DNA of 44,111 bases, from sequence record PZ379076.1; one strand, given 5' to 3'. This document shows positions 8,503 through 17,457 of the stretch, piece after piece. The translations under genes were made by a program, and so were the position numbers. Under the pieces are notes generated by a model that saw only the letters and a list, made by a program, of their open reading frames with translations, did no database searches and had not been told where the DNA came from. The stretch is from a phage. The first letter of the stretch is position 1, and every line of letters begins with the position of its first letter.

Positions 8503-8611
8503 CGATGCTGACGAGGATTTGGCTATAGACGTTCAGAACGCCGAATGCGTGCGGCAACTGCGTCTGAAAGTATTCCAGTTGCAGGATTATGTGAGGAATA
8601 TTCTGGAATAG
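8348..8611 (+). CDS. Rz1-like outer-membrane lipoprotein spanin
   Basis: GTG start with GAGGTGA SD; signal peptide with lipobox LSAC, proline-rich mature part; starts inside Rz in another frame and runs past its stop. Confidence 0.65.
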   Translation: MKSLSTLKRLVAAGALLTLSACSSSPAPSQTLIPLPDTTMMQPPCKLAAPSSDADEDLAIDVQNAECVRQLRLKVFQLQDYVRNILE

Positions 8612-8693
8612 TTGCCTTGCATGTTGGAATAATTTATTCTTGACATGTAAATCCGGGTGGCCCGGGTTCCAACGTCCAGGGGACATACTGACT

Positions 8694-9398
8694 ATGAATC
8701 GTTTTTTACGTTATCCGTTCCAGGAAGAAGCTGGGGCAGAAGATAAAGCTGGTGGCGGTGACGCTCCTAAAATGTTCACCGCTGAAGAAGTTCAGGCGCT
8801 GATTGAGAAAGAAGTTGCCGGGCTTAAGGCTAATCAGGAAGCATTGTTGGCGGAGAAGAAAGAAGCCGCTCGCAAAGCAAAAGAGGCCGAAGAAGAACGG
8901 CAGCGCGCGCACCAGGAGGCGTTAAAAGCCGCTGGTAAGATGGATGAGTTCGAAAAGACGATTCGTAGCCAGTATGACCCGGTGTTAGCCGAGAAAGACG
9001 GTCGCATCTCCAGAATGGCAGAGCGTATCCTCGGCAGCGAACGTAAAGCGGTGCTAGGCTCTTTCGCGGGTGACTTTATTACCCCAGAAGCAGTGGACAT
9101 TCTTGCGCCGTTCGTTAAGACTGAGTTCGAAGGCGATGATGTGGTTACTAAGTTTGTTGGCGCAGACGGCAACGTAATCACGACTGACCCGGAACAGTTC
9201 CGCAAATACTTGCGAGAACACAAAGCGTTTTCACATTTGATTAAAGCAAATGCAGCTTCCGGCGGCGGGGCTTCCGGTAGCAAAGGCGGCGGGGCCGCAC
9301 CAGCGTTTAAAGACATGAGTGAAGCGGAGCGTATCGCTCTGTACGAATCGAACCCTGCCGAATTTGAACGGCAACTTAAAGCCCTGAGGAAAAAATAA
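8694..9398 (+). CDS. scaffolding protein (putative)
   Basis: ATG 8694 inside track ORF 8640-9398; charged helical composition; immediately upstream of the capsid gene. Confidence 0.55.
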   Translation: MNRFLRYPFQEEAGAEDKAGGGDAPKMFTAEEVQALIEKEVAGLKANQEALLAEKKEAARKAKEAEEERQRAHQEALKAAGKMDEFEKTIRSQYDPVLAEKDGRISRMAERILGSERKAVLGSFAGDFITPEAVDILAPFVKTEFEGDDVVTKFVGADGNVITTDPEQFRKYLREHKAFSHLIKANAASGGGASGSKGGGAAPAFKDMSEAERIALYESNPAEFERQLKALRKK

Positions 9399-10447
9399 TG
9401 GCAATTACTACTATCGGCGACATCGTAACTGGTAAAGAATCGGTAATCCTGTCCTACATGACAGAGGACCCGGTAGAGAAAACCGCGTTCTTCCAGTCCG
9501 GTATCCTTACCTCGACTCCGTATGCCGCCGCTATCGCAAACGGCCCGTCCAACAAAGCGGTCCTGCCGTACTGGAAAGCTATTGATACCTCTATCGAGCC
9601 GAACTACTCGAACGACGTATATCAGGACGTCGCCACCCCGCGTAACGTGCAAACCGGTGAGATGGATGTTCGCGTAGCTTACCTGAACGAAGGTTTTGGT
9701 CAGGCTGACCTGACGGTAGAACTGACCAGCCAGAATCCGCTGCAATCCGTGGCTTCCCGTCTGGATAACTTCTGGCAGCGTCAGGCACAACGCCGTCTTA
9801 TTGCTACCGCGCTCGGTCTGTACAATGATAACGTAGCGGCTACCGATGCGTACCACGAGCAGAACGACATGGTTATTGACGTGTCCGCTACTCTGGGCTT
9901 CGACTCCGGCGCGTTCATCGATGCTACCCAGACTATGGGCGATGCGCTGATGGGTAACGGTGGTGAAGTGCTTGGCGCTATCGCGATGCACAGCTTCGTT
10001 TATGCGCAGGCGCGTAAGCAGCAGCTTATCGACTTCATTCGCGACGCGGACAACAACACCATGTTCGCCACCTACCAGGGCTATCGTGTGATTGTTGACG
10101 ACAGCATGACCGTAGTCGGAACTGGCAACAGCCGTAAGTTCATCTCCATCATCTTCGGCAACGGTGCTATCGGTTACGGCGAAGGTTCTCCGTCAAACCC
10201 GCTGGAATACGAGCGCGAAGCGTCTCGCGGTAACGGTGGTGGTGTCGAAACCCTGTGGACCCGTAAGACCTGGTTGCTGCATCCGTTTGGTTACAGTTTC
10301 ACCAGCACTGTAATCACCGGCAACGGCACCGAGACTATCGCCCGCTCTGCTTCCTGGCAGGACCTGGCGAACGCTTCCAACTGGAACCGTGTGGTTGACC
10401 GTAAGCATGTACCGATTGCCTTCCTGGTAACTGGTGTCGGGGCTTAA
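9398..10447 (+). CDS. major capsid protein (HK97-fold type, putative)
   Basis: 349 aa after scaffold gene, followed by a strong terminator; assignment from size and synteny. Confidence 0.7.
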   Translation: MAITTIGDIVTGKESVILSYMTEDPVEKTAFFQSGILTSTPYAAAIANGPSNKAVLPYWKAIDTSIEPNYSNDVYQDVATPRNVQTGEMDVRVAYLNEGFGQADLTVELTSQNPLQSVASRLDNFWQRQAQRRLIATALGLYNDNVAATDAYHEQNDMVIDVSATLGFDSGAFIDATQTMGDALMGNGGEVLGAIAMHSFVYAQARKQQLIDFIRDADNNTMFATYQGYRVIVDDSMTVVGTGNSRKFISIIFGNGAIGYGEGSPSNPLEYEREASRGNGGGVETLWTRKTWLLHPFGYSFTSTVITGNGTETIARSASWQDLANASNWNRVVDRKHVPIAFLVTGVGA

Positions 10448-10463
10448 GGTTAAGATATAATCG

Positions 10464-10491
10464 AGAGGGACTTCGGTCCCTCTTTTCATTT
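10464..10491 (+). terminator. rho-independent terminator after the capsid gene
   Basis: Stem agagggac (10464-10471) / gtccctct (10476-10483), loop ttcg, then TTTCATTT. Confidence 0.7.
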
Positions 10492-10506
10492 ACTAAGAGG
10501 TAAATT

Positions 10507-10806
10507 ATGGCTAAGACCGGAAAAGGCTTGCCTCGCAGCCTTCAGAATGTCGACTTCGGCGACTTTGACATCCCAGTAACGCCGGCTACTACCAGCGTAG
10601 TTGGTGGGGTTAAAAAGTCAGCTACTGTAGCCGCCCCCGCGGCCATTACCGCTGCCGCCGGGTCGCAGTCCGCTGCGGACCCGACTAAGACCGAGTTCGA
10701 TGCCCTTGTAGCCGAGTACAACAAACTTCGAACTGATGTAACCGCGCTGCGCACTACCGTAGCAAATCTGTTGACTGCGCTTAAAAATGCAGGAACTGTA
10801 AGCTAA
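10507..10806 (+). CDS. hypothetical structural protein
   Basis: 99 aa; Ala/Thr-rich with C-terminal heptad-like segment; within head module. Confidence 0.55.
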   Translation: MAKTGKGLPRSLQNVDFGDFDIPVTPATTSVVGGVKKSATVAAPAAITAAAGSQSAADPTKTEFDALVAEYNKLRTDVTALRTTVANLLTALKNAGTVS

Positions 10807-10818
10807 AGGAGCTTAAAA

Positions 10819-11169
10819 ATGGTTGATGTAATCAAACGTCGTATTACTGGTGTTTCTGATGATTCTCCTGCCGATGGTCAGGTTGAAATCGATATGGCGA
10901 ATATCTCGCCCGCATCTTTTTCTACCGCACTTGCCGCTACCACTACCAAGTCTACGGGGCAGACGATGACTCTTACCGTAGCCGTAACTGGCGGTCTGGC
11001 CCCGTACACATACCAGTGGTACAAAGATAACAACGCTATCCCAGGCGCTACCGCCGCCACCTACGAGAAAACTTCGCTCGCTACTACCGATTCCGGTACG
11101 TATAAAGTGGTTGTCCACGATGTATATGGTAATATTATCTCCAGCAGCACCGTAGCAACTGTATCTTAA
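10819..11169 (+). CDS. Ig-like domain protein (Hoc-like decoration candidate)
   Basis: 116 aa; ...LTVAVTGGLAPYTYQWYKDNNAIPGATAATYEKTS...DSGTYKVVVHD resembles an Ig-like domain. Confidence 0.6.
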   Translation: MVDVIKRRITGVSDDSPADGQVEIDMANISPASFSTALAATTTKSTGQTMTLTVAVTGGLAPYTYQWYKDNNAIPGATAATYEKTSLATTDSGTYKVVVHDVYGNIISSSTVATVS

Positions 11170-11205
11170 TACCGCGGCCCTTCGGGGCCGTAATAAGGAA
11201 AGGTC

Positions 11206-11385
11206 ATGGCAGATAATTATGTAATCCGCGAAAAGTACACCCACGTTGATGTTGTTGACGGTCAGGTTATGCCCGTTCGCGGTGTTGTAGAAGCGGATGA
11301 ACTGGTAGCGGTTCAACCGGACAACGAAGAAGCGCACAACAACGGCGGTGGCACTAAGCGTCGCCGCCGTAAGTCAGAGGAATAA
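11206..11385 (+). CDS. hypothetical small protein (59 aa)
   Basis: ATG 11206 with GGAAAGG SD; basic tail GGGTKRRRRKSEE; below track size cut-off. Confidence 0.4.
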   Translation: MADNYVIREKYTHVDVVDGQVMPVRGVVEADELVAVQPDNEEAHNNGGGTKRRRRKSEE

Positions 11386-11388
11386 TTT

Positions 11389-11901
11389 ATGCCGCTAATC
11401 GTGGAAACTGGGGCAATCGTCCCGAATGCCGACAGTTACGTTAGTCTGGCTGACGCCCGCGCGTTAGCGGCTAATTATGGCCTGGAGCTACCGGAAGACG
11501 ATACTGCCACCGAAGTAGCCTTGCGCAACGGCGCTACTTATGTCGGGCTTGCAGAACCGCAGATGTGCGGCCGCCGTGTGTCCGCCGAGCAGTCCCTGGC
11601 GTACCCACGTACGGGAACAACACTAAACGGCTTCACCGTAGCTGATAATGTTATCCCACCGCAGTTAATCCGGGCGCAGGTAATCGCCGCTGTTACGTAT
11701 GGAGCGGGCACTGATGTTCGGGCTAACTCCGATGGACGTTCCGTGCAGACCGAGCGTGTAGAGGGTGCGGTAACAGTTACCTACTTCAACAACGGCAACA
11801 GCGGGGCCACAACCGCGATTACCGCCGCTGACGACGCCTTACGCCCGTTACTGTGTGGTGGTCTTAACAACGGCTTCTCATTTAATGTGTACCGGGGTTA
11901 A
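11389..11901 (+). CDS. hypothetical head-tail connector region protein
   Basis: 170-aa ORF in track between head and tail modules. Confidence 0.5.
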   Translation: MPLIVETGAIVPNADSYVSLADARALAANYGLELPEDDTATEVALRNGATYVGLAEPQMCGRRVSAEQSLAYPRTGTTLNGFTVADNVIPPQLIRAQVIAAVTYGAGTDVRANSDGRSVQTERVEGAVTVTYFNNGNSGATTAITAADDALRPLLCGGLNNGFSFNVYRG

Positions 11902-11903
11902 AA

Positions 11904-12518
11904 ATGGCGAAGACTAAATCAGAGATGTTTACTCTTATCGGCGCAAACCTCCCCGATAACACTACCGGGCTTATTACCCCAGCAGCGTTGCGCGAGGTAA
12001 TGACACAGATGGCTGACTCACCTATTTACGCCACTCCAGGTGTTAAAGAGGTTGAAGTTCTCCGTGCCGCGTCTACGGTAACCCAAGCGCCTACCGCGGT
12101 AGATACGGCATTGCAGTTAACTTTCGGTGCAGCTCAGGGTAGTGCATCCGACCCGGTAATGATTAATGCTGCGGGGCTGGTTACATTCAACACCGCCGGT
12201 AACTACGCCGTTCGCATCAAGTTACAGGCAGGCCGCACAGGTGCCAGCGGAACGTCAATCCTGCTATCACGTATTTTAGTAAACGGCGCTCAGTACGGCT
12301 CACCAGCCGCCACGAAACTGGTAAGCGCGGACACCACAATCCCGATTGAATCTCGCGTTGTTATTAACCCAACAGCAGGCCAGACTTTTGCCGTTCAGAT
12401 TATGCGGGATAGCGCCGGAAGCAACTTCGGCGGCGTATACCCGCAAGCGGCTACCGTAACCGCATGGGGTACAGCACCATCCGCGCTACTGGTTATCTCG
12501 AGACTGGAGGCCGCCTGA
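11904..12518 (+). CDS. hypothetical structural protein
   Basis: 204-aa ORF in track; stop overlaps next ATG. Confidence 0.55.
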   Translation: MAKTKSEMFTLIGANLPDNTTGLITPAALREVMTQMADSPIYATPGVKEVEVLRAASTVTQAPTAVDTALQLTFGAAQGSASDPVMINAAGLVTFNTAGNYAVRIKLQAGRTGASGTSILLSRILVNGAQYGSPAATKLVSADTTIPIESRVVINPTAGQTFAVQIMRDSAGSNFGGVYPQAATVTAWGTAPSALLVISRLEAA

Positions 12519-12877
12519 TGAGCACAGCTTTCAGTAAACGTATGCAAGGCGTAGGTACACGCCTGTTAACCAAATTCGGTAGCACGGTATCTCTGATTCG
12601 CGCTGGCTCGAAAGTGTGGGATGAAGTTCTCGGTGAGTACGTCTGGTCTGCGGATGAAGTGTTGCCGTTGAAGGCCGTTCCGGTTCCTGTTAATGCGGGT
12701 CTGGTGAACGGTACGACGATTCAGGCTGGTGACATGATTGTTAAAGCCGATTACAGCGTCGTTCCTAAGATGGAAGACAAAGTGCAATTCGGCGGCGAGC
12801 AATGGTCCGTCGTAGCCATTGAGAAGAAGGTGGTTAACGATGATGTTGTGTCCTACTTTATTCAGGTGAGAAAATGA
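12518..12877 (+). CDS. head-tail joining protein (putative)
   Basis: ATG 12518 (TGATG overlap) inside track ORF 12464-12877; neck-gene position. Confidence 0.45.
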   Translation: MSTAFSKRMQGVGTRLLTKFGSTVSLIRAGSKVWDEVLGEYVWSADEVLPLKAVPVPVNAGLVNGTTIQAGDMIVKADYSVVPKMEDKVQFGGEQWSVVAIEKKVVNDDVVSYFIQVRK

Positions 12878-13269
12878 GTTTCGCGCTGGACGTCTCTAAG
12901 TTCGTGGAAAAGGCGAAGAAGAACCCTGAGAAGGTGATGCGTCAGGTGTCTATCAAGCTGTTTTCCGCTATTATAAAGGCGAGTCCGGTAGATACTGGTC
13001 GGTTTCGCATGAACTGGATGGTATCTGGCGGTACTCCTGCTTCCGGGATTACGGATGCTACGGATAAATCAGGAAACACAGCAACCGGAAACGCTACAAG
13101 TTTCGTGCTGAAAGCCACCGACTGGCATGAGTTCACGCTGACAAATAACCTGCCGTATGCACAACGGCTGGAGTATGGCTGGTCGCAACAGGCCCCGCAA
13201 GGATTCGTCAGGACTAACGTGTCCCGCTTCCAGCAACTCATTAACGAAGAAGCTAGCAAGGTGAGATGA
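12874..13269 (+). CDS. neck / tail completion protein (HK97 gp10-like, putative)
   Basis: 131 aa; segment ...DTGRFRMNW...YAQRLEYGWSQQAPQGFV resembles the gp10 family pattern. Confidence 0.45.
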   Translation: MSFALDVSKFVEKAKKNPEKVMRQVSIKLFSAIIKASPVDTGRFRMNWMVSGGTPASGITDATDKSGNTATGNATSFVLKATDWHEFTLTNNLPYAQRLEYGWSQQAPQGFVRTNVSRFQQLINEEASKVR

Positions 13270-13682
13270 TGGGCTACTTTGAGGACTTAACAAAAGCGTT
13301 TGATGTGCCGCTGGTAGCCTTCGGAACCACCAACGGCATCAAGGTAGCGCTTGAAAACATCGACGCGCCGACGTCAACAGATACGCCGTATCTGGCAAGT
13401 TACATGTTGCTGGCGGATACCGAGCAGGCTGACTTATTCTTCACGGAACAACGCGCCGGTGTCTATCAGATAGACATTAACTACGCATCGGTGAAAGGTA
13501 GCGCGCCAATCAATAAAATGGCAGACTTACTTAACACGGCGTTTAAATCAGGTAAGGCATTTTCGCGTAACGACATCTGCGCCGAGGTTCAATCGGTTAG
13601 CCTGGGGCCGCTGATTGTAGAAAACGGATGGGCCAAACGACCATTGTCAATTAACTTTATTGCATTCACCAAGAGGCTGTGA
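13266..13682 (+). CDS. hypothetical tail protein (tail terminator position)
   Basis: 138-aa ORF in track, ATGA overlap, directly before the major tail gene. Confidence 0.45.
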   Translation: MMGYFEDLTKAFDVPLVAFGTTNGIKVALENIDAPTSTDTPYLASYMLLADTEQADLFFTEQRAGVYQIDINYASVKGSAPINKMADLLNTAFKSGKAFSRNDICAEVQSVSLGPLIVENGWAKRPLSINFIAFTKRL

Positions 13683-13684
13683 AT

Positions 13685-14851
13685 ATGGCTACAACTCCTT
13701 TTAAGGGCGCGAATACCGCGCAATTCTATGTGGCGGAAACTACCCCGGGCGTAACACCGGCTAACCCTGTCTGGTCGCCGTTGCGTAACACTGGCGGTGT
13801 TCCTGCCGTAACCCGCGATGCGCTGACTTCCAACGAACTAGACGGCAGCCGTGAAACTACATCCATCCGAACCGGTAACAAACAGGTTAGCGGGGAGTAC
13901 GCCATCGAACTTAGCTCTCGTAGCCAGGATGATTTCCTTGCGGGAGCGATGACTTCTACGTGGCAAGCTGGGGTAGAGATTACTGGCGCCGAAATTACGG
14001 TCGCCCCAGCAGGTAAAACATTCACCCGCGCTGCCGGTAGCTTCATTACTGACGGTGTAGAAGTTGGCGACCTTATTGCGTTCACCGACTTAACCGGCGA
14101 CAACGCAAAACCGTTTATCGTGACCGCGGTTTCCGCTCTGGTAGTTACGGGCGCAGGTATTCAGCACACGCTGACAGCAGAGACAGTAACCACTGACGCA
14201 AAAACTGGCGACAAGCTGGAAACCGGTAACGCGTGTAAGACGTTCTCCATCCTGACGTGGTTCAAGGGCCAGTGTGGTAACCCGGACGCGTACATGCTGA
14301 CCAAAGGTGTGGAAATCTCTGGCTTTACCGTAGAGCAGGCGGTTAACGCCATGGTCACCGGCAGCTTCCCGTTCATCGGCCTGAGTCAGGAGATTCTTAC
14401 CGCGCCGCCGTCTGGCTCTGATTTCTCTCAGGTTACGTTCACCGATGAGCCGTTCTCGTCGGTAGATGTGTCGGTGTTCGATGGCTCCACGCCGTTGCGT
14501 TGCGATACTCTCACCATCACCAACGACAACGGAGCTTCCGCGCAGTTCGAACTCGGTAACAGTAGCGTGGCGTTCGTCGAACGTGGACGCGCAGCTAACA
14601 CATTCTCTATCTCTGGCAAGCTGTACGACATGGCGATGATTCAGAAGTTTATCAACGAGCAGCAGGTAGAGATTAACTCTATTCTGGCAGGGGTAAACGG
14701 GGCTATGTCTTTCAGTTTGAAACGTGCAGAGCTTACGGCGGTTACACCTGAGATTGGTGGGCCTGAGTCAATCACTCAGTCCATTGAAGGCCAGGCTACC
14801 GGCAATCAGTACCAGTCGTCTATCGTAATTCAACGTATCACCTACGCATAA
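13685..14851 (+). CDS. major tail protein (putative)
   Basis: ATG 13685 with AAGAGG SD inside track ORF 13679-14851; large Thr/Gly-rich protein upstream of chaperones and tape measure; followed by strong terminator. Confidence 0.6.
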   Translation: MATTPFKGANTAQFYVAETTPGVTPANPVWSPLRNTGGVPAVTRDALTSNELDGSRETTSIRTGNKQVSGEYAIELSSRSQDDFLAGAMTSTWQAGVEITGAEITVAPAGKTFTRAAGSFITDGVEVGDLIAFTDLTGDNAKPFIVTAVSALVVTGAGIQHTLTAETVTTDAKTGDKLETGNACKTFSILTWFKGQCGNPDAYMLTKGVEISGFTVEQAVNAMVTGSFPFIGLSQEILTAPPSGSDFSQVTFTDEPFSSVDVSVFDGSTPLRCDTLTITNDNGASAQFELGNSSVAFVERGRAANTFSISGKLYDMAMIQKFINEQQVEINSILAGVNGAMSFSLKRAELTAVTPEIGGPESITQSIEGQATGNQYQSSIVIQRITYA

Positions 14852-14856
14852 AACTA

Positions 14857-14880
14857 AGGCCCCTTTCGGGGCCTTTTTCT
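14857..14880. terminator. bidirectional rho-independent terminator
   Basis: Stem aggcccc (14857-14863) / ggggcct (14868-14874), loop tttc, T-run after it; sits between convergent genes. Confidence 0.75.
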
Positions 14881-15434
14881 TACAAACCTAATTTTAAAGC
14901 AATGTCTATAACGTTCGATTTAACGTCACCCGGTATGATGTAGGTGTCGTAATCTTTTACACCACTAACATCGTACAGATAGCCACGGCTATCGCAGATG
15001 AACGTATAGCCGTCACGATGGAGGCGGACGATTCGCACGTCATGCCCCGCGGCGACGATAGGGGCAACTTCACTGGCGAATCCACCATCGGACACTACAA
15101 AAACTTCGTCGCCGTCAGGCAAGTTTTCAGCAAGATACTTACCGAAATAATCATCGCCGAATACCGGTTTAATGAATTGCTCAGAAATGGCAATCATTAA
15201 CCGGCGGCGGGACAACCCATTAAGAAAACCCTCGGGTTTTTCTTTCCGCGCCCGGTCGTCGTAGCCGTCGAGAAATTCGTGGTAAGCATCCTGGCCTAAC
15301 GCTGCCAAAGCAATATTGAACATTGGGTTCTTGAAACTGGTAGTTCCTTTCGCAAAGCCCATTTCTACCAGCGCCATAGCAAGCGTGTCTTTCCCGCAAC
15401 CCGCAGGGCCATTAAGAATAATTACCTTAGCCAT
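14880..15434 (-). CDS. P-loop nucleotide kinase (dNMP-kinase-like)
   Basis: 184 aa; Walker A GPAGCGKDT, a GKDT-type P-loop as in T4 gp1-type dNMP kinases. Confidence 0.65.
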   Translation of the reverse strand: MAKVIILNGPAGCGKDTLAMALVEMGFAKGTTSFKNPMFNIALAALGQDAYHEFLDGYDDRARKEKPEGFLNGLSRRRLMIAISEQFIKPVFGDDYFGKYLAENLPDGDEVFVVSDGGFASEVAPIVAAGHDVRIVRLHRDGYTFICDSRGYLYDVSGVKDYDTYIIPGDVKSNVIDIALKLGL

Positions 15435-15922
15435 TATTTATCGCTCCCGTGTGGTTTTAAGTGTGTAGAGTTCCCGTTACAGTCGTATTCGGTAACTGCG
15501 TGTGCGGTTATGCCGAGGTCACGGAAATGCTTTATTACCGCTGGGGAGTCGTCGAACGCACACAAGATTCTTTCCAGTCCGAAAGCACGCAACACCTCTT
15601 CTTTAATTACGATGTCTTTTCTGTTGTCGTGTTTGCTGCGCATGATTAGCGTGTCAAACCTAACGTTATTCTCTCGTAACCATTCGCGAGTCTCCTCCTC
15701 AGCGTCATCACTTCGCCCGGTAAGGATAATTATAGTAAGTCCGGAATGCCACAGTACGCTACACAAATGGATATTGTCGTATATCGGAGCGTCATCTTTG
15801 CAGGCCATGTTAAATGGCTTCCACGCCCACGTTTCTCCGTAGTTATCTTTTGGTAACAGGTGTAAGCGATGGGTACCGTCGGCCAATGTCCCGTCTAAAT
15901 CGAAAATTACAATATCTTTCAT
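15434..15922 (-). CDS. HAD-superfamily phosphatase (nucleotidase or 3'-phosphatase-like)
   Basis: 162 aa; N-terminal IFDLDGTLADG is HAD motif I. Confidence 0.7.
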   Translation of the reverse strand: MKDIVIFDLDGTLADGTHRLHLLPKDNYGETWAWKPFNMACKDDAPIYDNIHLCSVLWHSGLTIIILTGRSDDAEEETREWLRENNVRFDTLIMRSKHDNRKDIVIKEEVLRAFGLERILCAFDDSPAVIKHFRDLGITAHAVTEYDCNGNSTHLKPHGSDK

Positions 15923-17049
15923 CCCAGCATCTCCGGTGAAATAGTTAAACGTGCGACCTCGCCATATTCGGCGCTATAAGTAATTACATTTGCACTGCGG
16001 CCCGACATCCATCCGCCGCGAGAGGCGTAGGCGTCTTTAGCCGCTAAGGTGCGGTGTTGCTCAACAATCATGTTACGGCTTTCTACAATCTTCTGGTGGT
16101 GCAGATGGCCTACGTGGGCGTAGCTGTAAACACTCTCGCCGAACGCTTTACGGAACTTGGCAATCATAACCGGTTCGATAGCGTCGAATCGTGCTTTATG
16201 CCCGTGATGGAAGAACAGCGTCGTTTTGCCGTGTTGCACCATCTTGTAAACATCCGGCGACGTATCGACGAACACGCGCGGCTCATTGTCGTACAGCGTA
16301 CTGAACATCTCAGCCAACCAAATCATACCCGATTCGTCGTGATTCCCTTGCACGATAAGCAAGCGAACATTTTTATGCTTAACCAACGCCATATCAACGA
16401 CACGGCGGACCATACGAATCATGTAACGGACCAGTTTCTGATAGCGCGTGTCAGCGTCAAGGACATGACCGCTTGCGGGCGTAACGGCATCAAGACTATC
16501 GAAGTGCGCTAAGTCGCCAAGAAGATTGATAACCCCAGTACCGGCATCCGGTGCTTTCTGGAATGCTGCATCGAACCAACGAGAGAACAGGTCTTCCGCA
16601 ATCTTCATGTCCCAGTCGTCGCCACTCTCGTCGGCCCAGGCCAGCATACCGAGATGGAAATCGGATACAGTGTAAAGATTGAGCAGCTTATCGTCCCGTT
16701 TGGCACGAACGGCTTTAACAGGTGCAACGGGCGTAATCTCCGATTTCATGCCTTCGATCACGGCTTTCATCAATTCAACCTGACGTTCGGCGTCAGTGTC
16801 GGTCTTAACCCATTGCAACTTAGTGTTGCCGAACTCATCCACCAGTGACGACGTACCTTTAATCTTATAGCCGTCCGGGACAAGGTGGCTAACATCACGT
16901 CCGTGACCTACACCTTTCTTAGCCAGCTTCGCTTTACGGATACGAATTACGCGGTCTGAGATGCCGTATTTACGGGCGATGTCTACATTCTTCATTCCGG
17001 CGTTCAATTCTTCCTGTAACTGTTCGTCGGTTATTTTCTTCCGGGCCAT
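15919..17049 (-). CDS. calcineurin-like metallophosphoesterase with N-terminal HTH-like segment
   Basis: 376 aa; metal-binding motifs VSDFHLG, GDLAHFD, GNHDE, GHLHH in canonical order; N-terminal ~45 aa basic helix-turn-helix-like. Confidence 0.7.
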   Translation of the reverse strand: MARKKITDEQLQEELNAGMKNVDIARKYGISDRVIRIRKAKLAKKGVGHGRDVSHLVPDGYKIKGTSSLVDEFGNTKLQWVKTDTDAERQVELMKAVIEGMKSEITPVAPVKAVRAKRDDKLLNLYTVSDFHLGMLAWADESGDDWDMKIAEDLFSRWFDAAFQKAPDAGTGVINLLGDLAHFDSLDAVTPASGHVLDADTRYQKLVRYMIRMVRRVVDMALVKHKNVRLLIVQGNHDESGMIWLAEMFSTLYDNEPRVFVDTSPDVYKMVQHGKTTLFFHHGHKARFDAIEPVMIAKFRKAFGESVYSYAHVGHLHHQKIVESRNMIVEQHRTLAAKDAYASRGGWMSGRSANVITYSAEYGEVARLTISPEMLG

Positions 17050-17087
17050 GCTTACTTCCTCGTGTTTAGGATTTGTCTTATAGTAGC

Positions 17088-17279
17088 CTACTTCTCTTTC
17101 ACGTTCGAGTTACAAGCCCAGATTAAAATGAATACCCACGGCAACAGAACCCACCCGAGAAATAAGTTAGCCATGAATATCGCTAGCTTTGCTTTATGGT
17201 TTCGCATATGGGCCACAAAAAACGGGATAAAATAAACGCCTACAACAATAATTAAAAAGAACATAGCGATACCGGTCAT
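17088..17279 (-). CDS. small two-helix membrane protein (superinfection-immunity-like, putative)
   Basis: ATG 17279 with AGGAG SD (track ORF opens at 17306); two hydrophobic helices around HMRNHKAKLAIFMANLFLGW. Confidence 0.4.
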   Translation of the reverse strand: MTGIAMFFLIIVVGVYFIPFFVAHMRNHKAKLAIFMANLFLGWVLLPWVFILIWACNSNVKEK

Positions 17280-17321
17280 AACATAACTCCTGATTTGAGA
17301 TAACATCGTTGGTGTAAGTGA

Positions 17322-17350
17322 ATAGTACGCTATTATATCAGGGTGTGCAA
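17322..17350 (-). promoter_or_regulatory. promoter, TTGCAC-N17-TACTAT family (drives the minus-strand cassette)
   Basis: TTGCAC (17350-17345), 17-nt spacer with AATAG-N4-CTATT, TACTAT (17327-17322) on minus strand. Confidence 0.5.
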
Positions 17351-17457
17351 GTAGTATGTTAGAATAATTTTGCGCCTAGTGTCGCACACGAAAAGCGGGT
17401 GGTTCCCGTCTGGCGCATTTCCTTTAACCAGTAACCTCTTAACCAAAGGATTAAAGA

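Noticed and set aside
8834-9991. 385-aa minus-strand ORF in the track
   Set aside because: Lies entirely antisense to the scaffold and capsid genes, has no SD and is Ser/Arg-rich as expected for a shadow frame of GC-rich coding sequence.
10813-11337. 174-aa minus-strand ORF
   Set aside because: Antisense to the Ig-like gene and the small gene at 11206-11385; no start signals.
16054-16512. 152-aa plus-strand ORF
   Set aside because: Antisense to the metallophosphoesterase gene, whose frame carries clear catalytic motifs.
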